Below are positions 40,119-54,271 of a stretch of DNA of 64,000 nt, piece after piece. The position numbers and the translations under genes were made by a program. The notes beneath the pieces are model-generated. The model saw nothing but the letters and a program-made list of their open reading frames with translations, was not told the DNA's origin and searched no databases. Each line of letters opens with the position of its first letter. Position 1 is the first letter of the stretch. The DNA is from Octopus vulgaris. Taxonomy: Eukaryota. The DNA is taken from positions 126,542,001 through 126,606,000 of the forward strand of contig OX597819.1 of NCBI GenBank assembly GCA_951406725.2, in the 5' to 3' direction.

Positions 40119-41997
40119 CTGTTGTTGTTGCTCATGGTTATATTGCGATTCGTTAATGTATTGTAAGCCTACTTGATGCAAAAGCATTGTCATTCTACAG
40201 GAAAGAATGGTTGTAGTTTGACCTAAAAAATATGTTTTGTGACGCTTACATCATTCGTTCGAACATTAAATGTTATATATTGAATTGAACATTGGGAGAA
40301 GACTTTGGTATTTGTGGTTACCGTAATGAATAGTCGTGGCCGTCATGGCATACATTGAGGCAGCAGAGCGTATCCCTGTAAGTATTATTGTTTAGTTTCC
40401 AAACAGCACTGATAGAGAAGACACATAGACATGATAAAACGCATCTCTGTCAATGCTGTTTTTAATCAGAAATAGTCTACTCCATATGATATTATTCTGT
40501 GTATAATTTTCAGTGACTGTGGTGTGTCATTTGATAGAGATTTAGCTGGTATTTCTCGCTGGTTGCATAACCACGTAGAAATTCCTTCACTGGCTGACGT
40601 TCTCCTTGCTGTTATTTAGTAATTTTAGTAATTCAGCTAATAAAGATTGCAATATAGTTACTGGCTTTGATGGTGGTGCTGGTGGTGTGGTGGCGTTAGT
40701 GCTTATTGTGTGCGTGGTGACGTAACGATAGGTGACATAATGACATTAATATGGTGGGTCATAGCCTTGTGTGAGTTAGCCTCGAGGAAGATTTAATAGT
40801 GCAAAGCTATGAACAAACATGGCATCCTCATTCTCAGCCGCAACATCCTCATCATTTTTCCTACGCACAGAGAACCCTAGACCACATTGGCCGATATGTC
40901 CCTTTTTGTAAGCTTGAAAAGGTGTGATTTGAGTGACATTTTAACTGCTACATCTAGCAGACCGGGTGACAACGTAGATATTCTATCGTTGGCTCAGCGA
41001 ATACGTACACTCGCACACATGCATGCACACATACACACATTCCCGCACATACATACACACGCGCGCATTCATGCACACACACACGGTAATAAGAATAGAG
41101 GACATCTAGTACAGCTGACTAGTGGCAAACGTATTGAAGATACAGCGTCGTAGAATGGTTGTTAAAGGTGGTTGATGTGATGATAACTTTGTTTCTTATA
41201 TATGATAGTAATGATAGTGTTAGTAGTAACTGTGGTCATGGTGGTGGTGGTTGCTGCGGTGCTGGTGGTGGTTGTGGTGGTGGACTGGGATATGAACCAG
41301 AGGGAGTGCTAGCAGTAATGGTAGTTTTCTAATTGTGTGATATTGATTTAAGCCAATTTTGAAGCCAGTGAAATTTAAACAACCACGCCGTGTGGACGTT
41401 GCGTTAGCATCGACAGTAAGTGCAATGGTGTTGGTGTTGGTATTGGTGGTGGTGTTGGTGGTGGTGGTGGTGGTAGTGGTGGTGGTGGTGGTAGTGGAGA
41501 TCGTGGTATCGGTGGCTGTAACGCTGGCGGTGGCGGAATTGAGATGTTGGAATATTGGAAAAGCTTCTTCGTTGCTGATTCCGAATTTCCTACGACCCAT
41601 CACTACGATGATGACAATGACGACGACGACGACAACGAGCATTACCATCAACCATCATTACCACCATCATCACTGCTTCCGTCTACATCTACCCGCCATA
41701 ACCATCGACCCCCCACCCCAGGCCACCGCTGACCACTCACCACCATCTCCACCTTCAAAACCGTCGCTATCACTACCATCATCACTTCCAGCAACATTAC
41801 CTCACCATCTCAGAGCATTCGTTCCTTCTTACCCGCCCCCCACAACCATTTCAAGCACAACTACAGCTACGACCACTTCAACAACAACTATCAGCGCCAT
41901 TTTCACAGTCATCAACATCATCACCACCATCTTCGAAACCCTGCACCGACTCCATCGCCACCAGCACCACCATCACCATCATTTCCGTCCATCCAAT

Positions 41998-42228
41998 ACC
42001 TATTTCTTTACTACCCACAAGGGGCCAAACACAGAGGAGACAAACAAGGACAGACAAACGGATTTAGTCGATTACATCGACCCCAGTGCGTAACTGGTAC
42101 TTGATTTATTGACCCCGAAAGGATGAAAGGTAAAGTCGACCTTGGCGAAGTTTGAACTCAGAACGTAACGGCAGACGAAATACGGCTACGCATTTCGCCC
42201 GGTGTGCTAACGTTTCTGCCAGCTCGCC
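41998..42228 (-). mobile_element. SINE family B copy
   Basis: Full-length homology; imperfect TSD TCCG(T/CC)C(-/T)ATCC(A/G)ATAC. Confidence 0.9.
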
Positions 42229-43002
42229 ACCTCCGCCCTATCCGATACAATCTACCAACATCCCCACCATCACAAACAACAAGCATAACCTCTCAACCCC
42301 CACCCCACCCAGCAAAACCACCAATTCAGTCCCAACGACTACAAAATCCAACACCACCCAGAACAACCCACCCACGATGTAAAATAGAAAAAAAACACCA
42401 CCAGCACCACCACCACCATCACCACTACCACCACCACCACCACCACCACCACCACCACCACCACTACCACCACCACCACCACTCCCCATTAATACCTCCG
42501 ACCACTTCCCTCAGACCATGCCGGTCCATCCCCGCCACCTCTGAAGACACCATTGTCTTTCTTGGAGATATATTGGTTATGTTGTATGCAAATATGAAAG
42601 GTTCACTTGATGAATTGGCAATAGAGTAACTCTTAATAAATGATGTCTTGATTATGTGGTTTGAATTTGTCGTTCTTTATTATCATAACTTCTCTTTTCA
42701 TTCTTTCATTCTTTTATTCTTTTAGTCCTTTATTCATTCGTTCATTCATTCGTTCATTCAGTCATTCAGTCATTCAAGAAATGATTAATTTGTTTAAGGA
42801 CAAAAGTTGATATTAAATGAAAAAGTACAGAATGAATGAATGAATGAATAGAAGGAAGGAAGAAATTTAAAGAAAGGCATGAAGGATATACACTAGAATT
42901 AGATAGATGGAGAGTTAGATTGACAGACAGACAGATAGATAGAGAGATGAATGAATGGATAAATAGAGAGGGAGGGAGAAAGAGAGAGAGAGAGGAACAG
43001 AC

Positions 43003-43036
<34 letters not shown>

Positions 43037-43058
43037 ATACATAGAGACAGAAACAGAT

Positions 43059-43136
<78 letters not shown>

Positions 43137-43145
43137 GTATATATG

Positions 43146-43282
<137 letters not shown>

Positions 43283-43779
43283 ATATATAGAGAGAGAGAG
43301 ACAGAGAGACAGAGAGACAGAGAGAGACAGAGACAGAGGGGGAGAGAAAATGTGAGAGAGAGGGAGAGAGGGGTGGACAGGGGGACGTAATATAAAATGC
43401 GTGGTAGGAGGAACACTGTGCATCTTTCGATTTAGTCTAGTTAATTTGACTTTAAGCATTATGTGTATGTGTAGGGGTGTTGTGAGTGAGAGTATGAGTG
43501 TATATGCACGTGCGTAGTATGAGTGTTGATGAAGCGTTAACGATTGATTGATTATTATAAAGAGTTCGATAAGTGAAAGGAGAGATATCATGTTGCAGTT
43601 GGCGACTAAATATGCATGTCTATGTGTGTGTGTATGTGTGTGTATGTGTGTGTGTGTGCGTGCGCATATGTGTGTGATGATTTATTTTTAGTGTTTAGTC
43701 AAGGAAGAGAAGGGTACTACCCATGGACCCTTATTCAATTAGTATCTCCAGAACTGCTGGACGAAGGGAGGAAGTTATC

Positions 43780-44912
43780 TTAAGGTTGTGGACTTGGTTG
43801 GAATTCCTACAGCAAAGTCGACTCTCATAAAGGCAGCCAAGGCCCAGGGGCTGCTGTTAAATCTGGTGACGAATTATGTAGACTATTGGCGAAGAATACA
43901 CGGCGCAGATAGTTTGAGCAGATGCTGCAGCAACGCATCCATCGATGTCATAAGGGAATTGAGGATTTGTTGGTCGTAAATTTTCGACGAGTGCTTCAAA
44001 ATGAAGTATTCATAACGAAGTATGACATCTAAGGTACTACGACATGTAACATGTGCACTGCTGAGCGATAAAAAGAGGCCTTGCTCTTGTACTCATTCTC
44101 AATTGTGCAATAACAAAAATCCTCTCCAGTCAAATAGATCTGGGGACCAATTATCGGACCAATTCGCAAACAAGTTACTATAAGCCGGTAATGGAGAACT
44201 GTTCAACCATATTTACGGGACAGCATGGACATGGGAACAGTCAGTGTAACAGTATCATCTTCTTACTGAAGGACTGAAAGAAGTTGTCTTTCAAAAATAT
44301 TTGTGAAAACTACCAAAATCACAGGTGATCGTGTAAAGAGAAATATTAACCACAAAGAACAATACTGTCAATGTAAGCAACCAAGTAATAGTTACACTTC
44401 TCCTGATCCAATTCAAGCGGTTATTAATAACACTTATAACCCCTAGGAAAGGAGAACATATATTTATCGTAAGAATACATTCTTACTGATTAGGCTGTTC
44501 AAGAGGCTCCAAATTTCCACAGGCTTAAGCTTCGCACTGGCCATCAATACTCCGAAAGATTAGACGTCGAAGATGATTGAACCGCAGTTGTAAACAACCT
44601 CGTTTCTTTCATGGAAAACTCAAACCTGCTGCAAACCATAACAATCTTTATGTCAATATTCAAAGAGGGTGAATTAAGAACGTAGTTTTTTTATGAAAAT
44701 CTTTATTGAAAATTGTTTATATTTTGCCAGGGGTAATTTTTCGAATCGTGTATTTGTTTTACACGGAAAATATGCTTTGTGTTTCAAATAATACATTTAT
44801 GCCCAATTATCACGATTCCTTTTCAAAAAATTCGCTACATGAATCACCTATTACTCGGGGGATACCAAGTGTCCTACTAATACATACATACATACATACA
44901 TACATACATACA

Positions 44913-44943
<31 letters not shown>

Positions 44944-45071
44944 GTATATGCATACATACATAAATACATGCATACATACATACATACATACATACATACA
45001 TGCATGCATACATACATACATACATGCATACATACATGCATGCATACATACATACATAATACATACATACA

Positions 45072-45102
<31 letters not shown>

Positions 45103-46270
45103 TGTCAACAAGACAGAGATATGTATTTCGGAATCGATGAGAATGTTGCATAAATTGGTGCTGTGACTAAACTCAGAATAACAGTAGATGCCGGAAAAAA
45201 AATGGAATTCAGAGCTATCTGCATTTAACAATAGTTTTGTAGTGCAAGTGCAGGTACCAAAATTTGAGATATTGGACTGGACGCTTGTCGAGATCCGTAG
45301 CCTGAGCTTCAAAGCTAGAAAGGCACTGACCCCCACTGGCACCTTTCACATTAACAGCGACACTGATAGTATTTATGTGAGACGAACTGATGGCAGTTGA
45401 GGCGTAAGGTCAGTGCAAGCAACTTTTGAATGTCGTATTGTATCACTCTGACAAAACATACTGAAAAGTAAATAAAGAAATTAGTACTTTACATGAGAGC
45501 CACATCTTCAGCATTGCAGAAGTACTACTAAGCAGGTACTCTATTTTGATATCCAGAAACAGGAGATAGCAACTAAATACCTGATGAACAAGAGAGACAA
45601 AGGTACCATCAAACCTCCACATAGTGATAGAACATGTCGGCTCTATTATACCAGTGTGGAAAATATCACTCACATCACTAATAGTTGACCTAAAATGCCT
45701 ACTAGATTCCACCTGCCTCTACGGCATGATATAATTGCAAAGATTTTTTACAATGCTATCCGAAGGAAGGATTGTCCAGGTGTATACATCAAAGGCATGT
45801 CTGAACCAGCTTGAATTAACACCTTTAAAAGTAAGGATTACTAGTAGAACTCTCCAATAAAAACAGCAATTGGGTGCAAACCTAAGAGACCTGATATTGT
45901 TCTGTGGTACAGGGAACAATAATTGTGCATTGTTGTAGAGATCAGCCCCATCTCCACTGCAGATGTGAATGTACAATATACAATTCAGGAAAAAGAGAAC
46001 ATTTATGGTGAATAAATACGGAACTTACAGCTCTTGCACACCGACTACAAATTCTCATTGTACCTATTATCATAAGAGCATTAAGTTACGCACCTATGCA
46101 TAACTTAATGGAACAACAAATTTCCACAAAAATCTAGGGGTATTAAATTTTTCGAGGGAAGAGCAAAAGAAACTGATGCCCATTCTCGAAATCCAAACTA
46201 TTAGTGACAAAGTGGAGATTTGTAACACATTCCAAGGATTCCCCATCTCAGATTCTTTCGATAAATAGGT
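43780..46270 (+). pseudogene. Decayed R4/Dong-clade non-LTR retrotransposon (RT remnants, zinc knuckle, REL endonuclease)
   Basis: Fragments: PITRGI (~44850); QDRDMYFGID (~45108); QEIATKYL (~45560); TCRLYYTSVENITHITNS*PKM...RHDIIAK (CCHC-like knuckle plus RHD, ~45632); KRPDIVLWYREQ*LCIVVEIS / ADVNV / IQEKENIYGE*IRNLQLLH (PD-(D/E)xK REL). Many stops and frameshifts; the 5' boundary is approximate. Confidence 0.8.
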
Positions 46271-47018
46271 GCACACACTTAGGTGAGCTTAACCAACACA
46301 CCGACTCAACCACACATAGACAAACACCTGGAACTCTCTTAACTGGAAAAGTCATGCCGCTTTGTTAGCCACCGGCTTGAACTCCCTTAGAACTTACATA
46401 TAACTCAAAGAAAAATACATACACACAAACATGTATGTATGTGTGTATGTATGTATGTATGTATGTATGTGTGTATGTATGTATGTATGTATGTATGTAT
46501 GTATGTATGTATGTATGTATGTATGTATGTATGTGTGTATGTATGTATGTATGTATGTATGTATGTATGTATGTATGTATGTGTGTAATGTATGTATGTA
46601 TGTATGTATGTATGTATGTATGTATGTATTCATGTATGCATGAAGGTATGTACTTACGTATGTGTGTGTAAGTAAGCGTATAATTATCTATATATAATAT
46701 ATAGCTATATATATATACACGTGTGTTTGTGTGTGCGTGTGAGTTTGTTTGTGTGTGTGTGTGTGTGTATGTGTGTTTGTGCACGTATGTATGTATTGTG
46801 TATATGTATGTATGTATATATATGTATATATGCATGTATGTATATATGTATGTATGTATGTATGTGTACATGTATGTATGTGTGCATGTATGTATGTATA
46901 TATGTATTTATGTATGCATATATGTATCTATGTATATATGTATGTATGTATTTATGTATGTATATATGTATGTATGTATGCATGCATGTATGTATGTGTA
47001 CATGTATGTATGTATATG

Positions 47019-47051
<33 letters not shown>

Positions 47052-47064
47052 ATATGTATATATA

Positions 47065-47098
<34 letters not shown>

Positions 47099-47295
47099 CA
47101 CTTATGTTTATCTCTTAGTTCCTACTGGTATCACACCTATTACATAAAGTCTCTATTCATAATGGCATCACTTCTGTTATGATGTTACTAAACATGATAA
47201 TGTTGATGATGTCGAAAACTGATTGCAGATTTTGATAAGTCATTGCTCCTAATATTTCTAAAGCATCTCTATATTAACACAAATGCCATTAACAG

Positions 47296-47444
47296 AGGCC
47301 AGCAAATCCCTGTTGACAATATATCAATCTAGCCGGGATTTTACTATGACGACTATCATCCCATGCATCACGGCAATTGATAATAGTTGTGTGATACCAC
47401 CAAACACTCCGACAAATACAGAAACGATTAAGCGATTCCAAGAT
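47296..47444 (+). CDS. Weak candidate exon (phase 1-0)
   Basis: ttaacAG|...|GTAATA; frame EASKSLLTIYQSSRDFTMTTIIPCITAIDNSCVIPPNTPTNTETIKRFQD; phase-compatible with 36651-36797. Confidence 0.25.
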
Positions 47445-47538
47445 GTAATATATTCACATTTCGATATATCTACTCATCTCAACACACGCGCCCACACAAT
47501 ACCCACGCATCCACACATAAGAGAGAGAGAGTGTGTGT

Positions 47539-47581
<43 letters not shown>

Positions 47582-47714
47582 AATATATATATATACCCTG
47601 CGACAATATACATACGTATTGCAAAAATATACAAATTAGAAATGAAATTATGTTTCATTCTACATTCAGTCCGATAATCTCCGTCATATATAATATTTAT
47701 TAAATTTATTGCAC

Positions 47715-48112
47715 TCTTTACTCTTTACTCTTTTACCTGTTTCAGTCATTTGACTGCGGCCATGCTGGAGCACCGCCTTTAGTCGAGGAAATCGACCCCC
47801 AGAACTTATTCTTTGTAAGCCCAGTACTTATTCTATCGGTCTCTTTTTTGCCGAGCCGCTACGTTACGGAGACGTAAACACACCAGCATCAGTTGTCAAG
47901 CGATGTTGGTGGGGACAAACACAGACACACAAACACACACATATATATATACATATATACGACGGGCTTCTTTCAGTTTCCGTCTACCAAATCCACTCAC
48001 AAGGCTTTGGTCAGTCCGAGGCTATAGTAGAAGACACTTGCCCAAAGTGCCACGCAGTGGGACTGAACCCGGAACCATGTGGTTGGTAAGCAAGCTACTT
48101 ACTACACAGCCA
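47715..48112 (-). mobile_element. SINE family A copy
   Basis: Near-identical to 9035-9433. Confidence 0.9.
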
Positions 48113-48534
48113 TTTACTATCTTATTTACGGCAAAATTGCATATAAAATTGTATATATGTGTGTATATGTATGTTTGTGTGTGTATATGCGTGAGTGTGT
48201 GTATGTGTGTAGGTGTTTGTGTCTGTATGTGTGTGTGCTTATGCTTCTGTGTCTGTAGGTGTATTAGCTCGAAACTAATGATTGATTCATTCCATCGTAA
48301 ATCGGTTTCATTCTCACAATAATCCTGCAGGCTTCAAAAAATATTTAGGTCACAGCCCGATGAATCTTTCGTGACGGTAAGCTCTGAGCAACGAAGGAGT
48401 TTGTATCGATAAATATATATTTATGAATTCGTATATTTGGATGTATTTTTATGAACGCATGTATTTACATGAAAGATCAGTTTTAAACGGGTATGTCCTC
48501 AAGTTCCTTACACATCCTGTATATATATGTATAC

Positions 48535-48720
48535 CAGTCGCCATGATAGATCGTTAGCCACTACACATTTTTTTCTCTCCTTGTTTTTTCTGTGTCCCTT
48601 TCTATAGAAGAGCGTAGGCTCGAAACGTAAAAGACTTTTTCTATTCCTGAGCGTTATACTAATACATCTGTTTGATTTGTACACCAACTGTTTTCGCCTT
48701 TTGGTTTTTTCGTAACCCCC
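48535..48720 (+). mobile_element. Hammerhead-like repeat family H, copy 2
   Basis: CTTT-CTATAGA-A-GAGC-GTAG-GCTC-GAAA-CG-TA-AAAG at 48598-48633; TA-rich flanks. Confidence 0.85.
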
Positions 48721-48729
48721 CCCCCCCCA

Positions 48730-48764
<35 letters not shown>

Positions 48765-48927
48765 AAGACACAAAGAATTTTAACAAGACAGAGTGTTCTA
48801 TGGTGAATATTGATTTTATATTTATTGAAATATTGAAGCAGAAAATGTCACTTGACCGTTACCCGAACTTCATGCTTTCAAAATGTTGTCAGTGTACGTA
48901 TATACATACACGCACACATACACACAT

Positions 48928-48975
<48 letters not shown>

Positions 48976-48988
48976 ATACATACATACA

Positions 48989-49022
<34 letters not shown>

Positions 49023-49027
49023 CATAC

Positions 49028-49069
<42 letters not shown>

Positions 49070-49071
<2 letters not shown>

Positions 49072-49262
49072 ATAATAACAAAGGGTAAAATTAACTAATT
49101 AAGAAGTAATCAATAATTTCACCAAGTAGAATTCGGTATGAAAAAGGACCATTTCACGGTAAACTTAAGTAATACTTAATAAAAAGGGTTCAGCAAAAAT
49201 TTGCTTTACCACATACCGAAGTTTAGAAATAATAGCCAAAAATCTTAGCTATTTCTTCAACT
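49070..49262 (+). mobile_element. TA-embedded dispersed element (family F), copy 1
   Basis: Diverged reverse complement of 55083-55277; (TA)n on both sides. Confidence 0.85.
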
Positions 49263-49655
49263 ATATATATATGTATATATGTATATATTGATTTATGTAT
49301 ATGTATATGTACTTACATACATATACATATACATACATATGTGTGTGTGTATGTGTGTGTGTGTATGTGTGTGTGTGCATGTGTGTGTGTCAGGACGCAT
49401 GGCCTAGTTGTTAGGGTGCGGCACGAACCTTTGATCACAATAAACAAAGCATTTGAGTCGGTCGTTCGGCAGAGGCCGAATGCTCAAAAGTCGTCTTCGA
49501 CTGGAGAGTCCGTCGTAGTTGATAGACAGCCGACATCTGATGAAGCGAGAGAGAGGGGGAGGAGGAGAGAGAGGGAGAGAGAGAGAGAGAGAGAGCTTAA
49601 TGAGTTGTTGACATTTTGGCGAAAAATACTAAATATACTAAATACTATGAGAAAG

Positions 49656-49774
49656 AATATCAGCAACAACTGGAATGACAACAATAATGAAACCTCAACT
49701 CCAGCAAGGAAGGAACATATCTATCAACTCGTTAGACAAACAACTCTGCTGAACTTAGAACTTCTCAATAGAAT
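49656..49774 (+). CDS. Weak candidate exon (phase 0-2)
   Basis: AG|NISNNWNDNNNETSTPARKEHIYQLVRQTTLLNLELLNR|GTATGT; the acceptor lacks a pyrimidine tract. Confidence 0.2.
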
Positions 49775-50189
49775 GTATGTAACGCTAGCTCTATTTAAGC
49801 TCTCAGCTAACACTGCTGTTCGGCTTATTAATCACTTAATTTTCCCACTATTACAGGCGCAACGCCATTTAGTTTAACACCATATTCAACCTTCGTATTT
49901 GTTAATTACAGTGTATAGCTGACCTGGCGGTTAACCATAAAGTCGGATTCTTTATTGCTTCAACACTTAAGTGAAGGATGGGTTTTGGCTTTTAAAACCC
50001 GTATTCACTTGAGTTCTGCTTTAAACTGTTACATTACAACTAACTACACCTTGAAGCGATGTCTCTGTCGTAACATGTACGGCCCGAAACGTCGGAACTT
50101 TGACAAGAGATCATTTAGAAGACCTCATCAACAATAACAGTCACATCAGCAACAACAACATCAACGCTCATCATTATTGTTTTATCGTT

Positions 50190-50421
50190 TATATTTTACT
50201 TGTTTCGGTCATTTTTGATTGCTGCCATTGCTGGGACGCCGCCTTGAAAGGTTTTAGTCGAAGAAATAAACCCCAGGACTTATCTTTTGAAGCCTCGTGG
50301 TTTCTATCGGTATCTCTTACAGAACCGCTAAGTTATGAAGACGTAAACATGCTAACACCGGTTGTCGAGCGGTGGTGGTGGACAAACACAGACACGAGCA
50401 CACGAACATACAGATATATAC

Positions 50422-50501
<80 letters not shown>

Positions 50502-50730
50502 AGATTGCTCGACATTTTAAAACTGATGTAATACTTACATTGTTTAATAAAATGAAGTAGCATGAAACAATTGTACTACTCTACCTTGGATATCCTTGTT
50601 GCTTATTTTGATTATAATCACCCCATTTGATTTATATTGATAATACCATACGAAATCCTAGTGCATTTAACTTAAGTACCATATTCATCTGAATCTAAAT
50701 TTTGCTGTACACACACACACACACACACAC

Positions 50731-50772
<42 letters not shown>

Positions 50773-50880
50773 GAAAAGATTATAGGTTATAGTAGAAAAC
50801 ATTTGCCAAGGTGCCATGCAGTGGGTTGAAACCAGGACCACGAGCCTGAGAAGCAAGCTTCTTAGCATATAACCACGCCG
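50190..50880 (-). mobile_element. Two decayed SINE A fragments (3' half ~50190-50410; 5' head ~50780-50880)
   Basis: Homology to the family A tail and head, respectively. Confidence 0.7.
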
Positions 50881-51738
50881 AATAAACAATATTCCTTCCC
50901 TTTTTTCAGTTTTTTTTTAAGGGTACTGAATTTTAAGGAAATTTACTGGTATGGCTGTCTACGCTCAGGGATATCTCACGAAAGCAACGTGGTTTTGTGT
51001 TCGGTCACACTGTGTGGCACACTGGCCCAAATGTCTTAACTATAGTCCAATGTCTTCTGAGGGAATTTTACTGCCTGGAAGCCTTCCATATGCTTACACA
51101 AATAAATAAATACATGCATGCATACATACATACATACATACATACATACATACATACATACATACAAACATGCATACATACATACATACATACATACATA
51201 CATACATACATACATACATACATACATACATGCATACATACATACATACATACATACATACATGCATACATACATACATACATACATACATACATACATA
51301 CATACATACATACATACATGCATACATACATACATACATACATACATACATACATACATACGTACATGCATACATACATGCATACATACATACATACAAT
51401 TCAGTTTCCATTGCTTTAAGAAGTAAAATATTTCGTTGCCGTCTTCTCTGGAATTTATTAAGCTTTGATTAAATGTTTCAGGAAGATTTTAGTAATTAAG
51501 GGGTCATCAGTTGGCATTATTTATCCATGAAATACTTGAATGTAATCCTAATCGATTCACTTTTCAAGTTTATTCATGCAAGCATTCGCTATAAAAAGAA
51601 AAAGTATAATTTTTGTTAGATTTGTAGAAAATCAACAACAATAAGTCAACATTAACGAAAATATGGAGAAGGAAAATATGAATCAGTACGAAATTTTAAT
51701 TCCTCGAGTGGATAGTATATATATAAGTGTGTGTGTGT

Positions 51739-51779
<41 letters not shown>

Positions 51780-52570
51780 CGAGTACAGTTTTTTAAAATT
51801 TTGTCCCAAACTTTTAAAAACCCTTAAATACTAGAGTCAGCGTGACAGACGGAAACCTTCAAGGTCATGCACCAACATGGCTGCCATCCACTGACTGAAT
51901 CAAATGAAAGAATAGAATATAGCTGACATTTTGAAGTGAAATCGTTTGCGGTATTTCATCTGGCTGAGTTCTGAGTTCAAATCCCGCCGAGGACACCTTT
52001 ACGTTTCATCCTTTCAAGTCAATAAAATAAAGTCCCATTCTGCAGTAGAATCGACTTATTTCATTCACTCAATCTTGCTGCTCTTGTGGCTAAATCAGAA
52101 GCTCTTATTTCTTTCTTTATTTTTTTCCTTGTCAATTCGGCCAAAATAAGCCATCACTTTGCAATATTTCCTCATAATTTCACCACAGGACCAAGAATTT
52201 TATGCTCCTGAGCACAAATCCTGCAGAGGTTAAATCTGACTTCTGTTTTTCGATCATTGACGTGACTTATAATGTATTTCATTTCCGCAGCCCTCACTCT
52301 GCGACTGGTTTTGGTGAATGAGGGAATTGGATGTCATTGCATTCATTTCTGTTTCTTACCATGGGATAAGTTCATCTGAGATCGCAAATAAAAATTTGTG
52401 CATTTTTTATATAAATCAACATCAATAATTTACAGACCACTAAATTTGCAGTTATTGAAAGTATCAGTGCCTACTCTGAATGGAGAGAGTAGGGCATTTG
52501 GTACAAGCCAATGGGATCCAGTTCGAGGGTTGTTACAGCTTTTATTCCCAAAGTTCGGCATTAGATCTAT

Positions 52571-52759
52571 CAGTCGCCATGATAGATCGTTAGCCACTAC
52601 ACTAATTTTTTTCTCTCCTTGATTTTTTCTGTGTCCCTTTCTGTAGAAGAGCGTAGGCTCGAAACGTAAAATACTTTTTCTATTCCTGAGCATTATACTA
52701 ATACATCTGTTTGTTTTGCACACCATATGTCTTCGTCTTCTGTTTTTATCGTAAACTCT

Positions 52760-52762
<3 letters not shown>
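52571..52762 (+). mobile_element. Hammerhead-like repeat family H, copy 3
   Basis: CTTT-CTGTAGA-A-GAGC-GTAG-GCTC-GAAA-CG-TA-AAA at 52637-52671; ends ...GTAAACTCTCCC directly into (TA)n. Confidence 0.85.
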
Positions 52763-52833
<71 letters not shown>

Positions 52834-52886
52834 ATGAATGTATGTATGCATTTATGCAGGTATGTATGTATATATATATATATTGT

Positions 52887-53130
52887 GAAGGTGCATGGCT
52901 TAGTGGTTAAGGTGTTGCATTCACCATTGCGAGATAGTGGGTTCGATTCCCAGACTGGGTGTTGTGTTGTGTACTTGAGCAAAGCACTTCATTTCGACAT
53001 GTAACATGTGGCACTCTTTGCACCTATACAACTAATATCGATGTGATGGAAGGAGTGAGCTCATATCTACACAAACATTTGGTCACTATAAATAAATCAT
53101 CTGTGTGTGTGGTTGTCCGGTAAGAAACTG
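52887..53130 (+). mobile_element. tRNA-headed SINE (related internally deleted copy at ~49392-49520)
   Basis: GCATGGCTTAGTGGTTAAGG...GGGTTCGATTCC boxes, CTTGAGCAAAGCACTTCATTT core. Confidence 0.75.
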
Positions 53131-53185
53131 TCGTAAATTTGGAAAATATCACATTCACATTTAGACGAATGGAATGCAGTTTCAG

Positions 53186-53900
53186 TTACCAGTCACAATT
53201 CTGTAGTAATTGCGTGAGGCAGCTCCTACCCGGACGGAAGCCGTGCTGCATGTTAGTCATTTTTGCTGGGAACGTTATCAGTTTACCATTGACAACAGAT
53301 ACCGCGACTTTGTTGATGTGTAAAGCCAGAGAGATAGGCCTGTAAATTTTAGCATCTGCTCTGCTTCGGCTTTTATGGGTGGGGCATAATATATTTTCTT
53401 TAAACTTTTTGGGAAATTTTTTCTCATGCAATGACGCTCTGGAAAATATTTGCAGTGGTTTTCAGAGAGTTTTCTTGCGTCTCTTTGAAAAAATCCTCGT
53501 AAAATCAGTAGAACCTGTTACTAGCAACAGGCTCATTTCATCCAATAACTGATGTCACATCCTCTTTTTTATCAATGGTTTTTGCATCCGTGTGTAGAGC
53601 AATGGTGTTGATGGACTCAACCGGCTTATTCATTTGAGTATCGCCCTGCGAAGTGAAATACTGGAATTGTTTCAGTATTTATCCTTCAGAAACCCCAAGG
53701 CGGATTGCTTTGCAAGTTTGTAGACGGCGTTTCTATATCTTTCATCTCTTTTTCATGGAAGAGTTTGTTTTCGATCGCTGAAAGTGGGTTTATTAAATGG
53801 AAATCAGCGTTGTCTTTAAGTTCTCTATTTAAGTGATTTGAGATCTCAATACTTAATTTATATGAACTTACGAGTCACCATAATGAGGTCACCATAAAGC
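53186..53900 (-). pseudogene. CR1/Jockey-group LINE reverse transcriptase fragment
   Basis: ORF 53186-53431 contains CPTHKSRSRADAKIYRPISL and QHGFRPGRSCLTQLL (RT domains 1-2); upstream KPLQIF-type remnants are disrupted. The right boundary is approximate. Confidence 0.85.
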
Positions 53901-54240
53901 GACATCTGTACGTCGTTAGATTATAGTGATAAATGCTTGAACAACCTAAGCACCACACTTGAGTCTCCGTGGTTAGTACCCAGTGACAGACCGAAGTGAG
54001 ATGATCAGTGGTCAGTCAGGTGATGCTGCAGGTTTTACATCGTTATCATTTTCCTAGAAGGGTGCTGTGAAAAAGGCTAGGGGTCCCTCACTCAGAGTGG
54101 TTCTACTACGTGCCTTGACATCGATCAAGGGTATTTATGCATACCCGCACTCAGATGGAATGTCATCACATATGGCAGTTAACCCATAGCTAGAAACCCG
54201 ACATCTGCTTCTACATAGACACACAGACAGATACAGACAG

Positions 54241-54271
<31 letters not shown>

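Noticed and set aside
41220-42629. His/Thr/Val-rich ORFs up to 244 aa
   Set aside because: Built from GGT/CAC repeats and running into a SINE.
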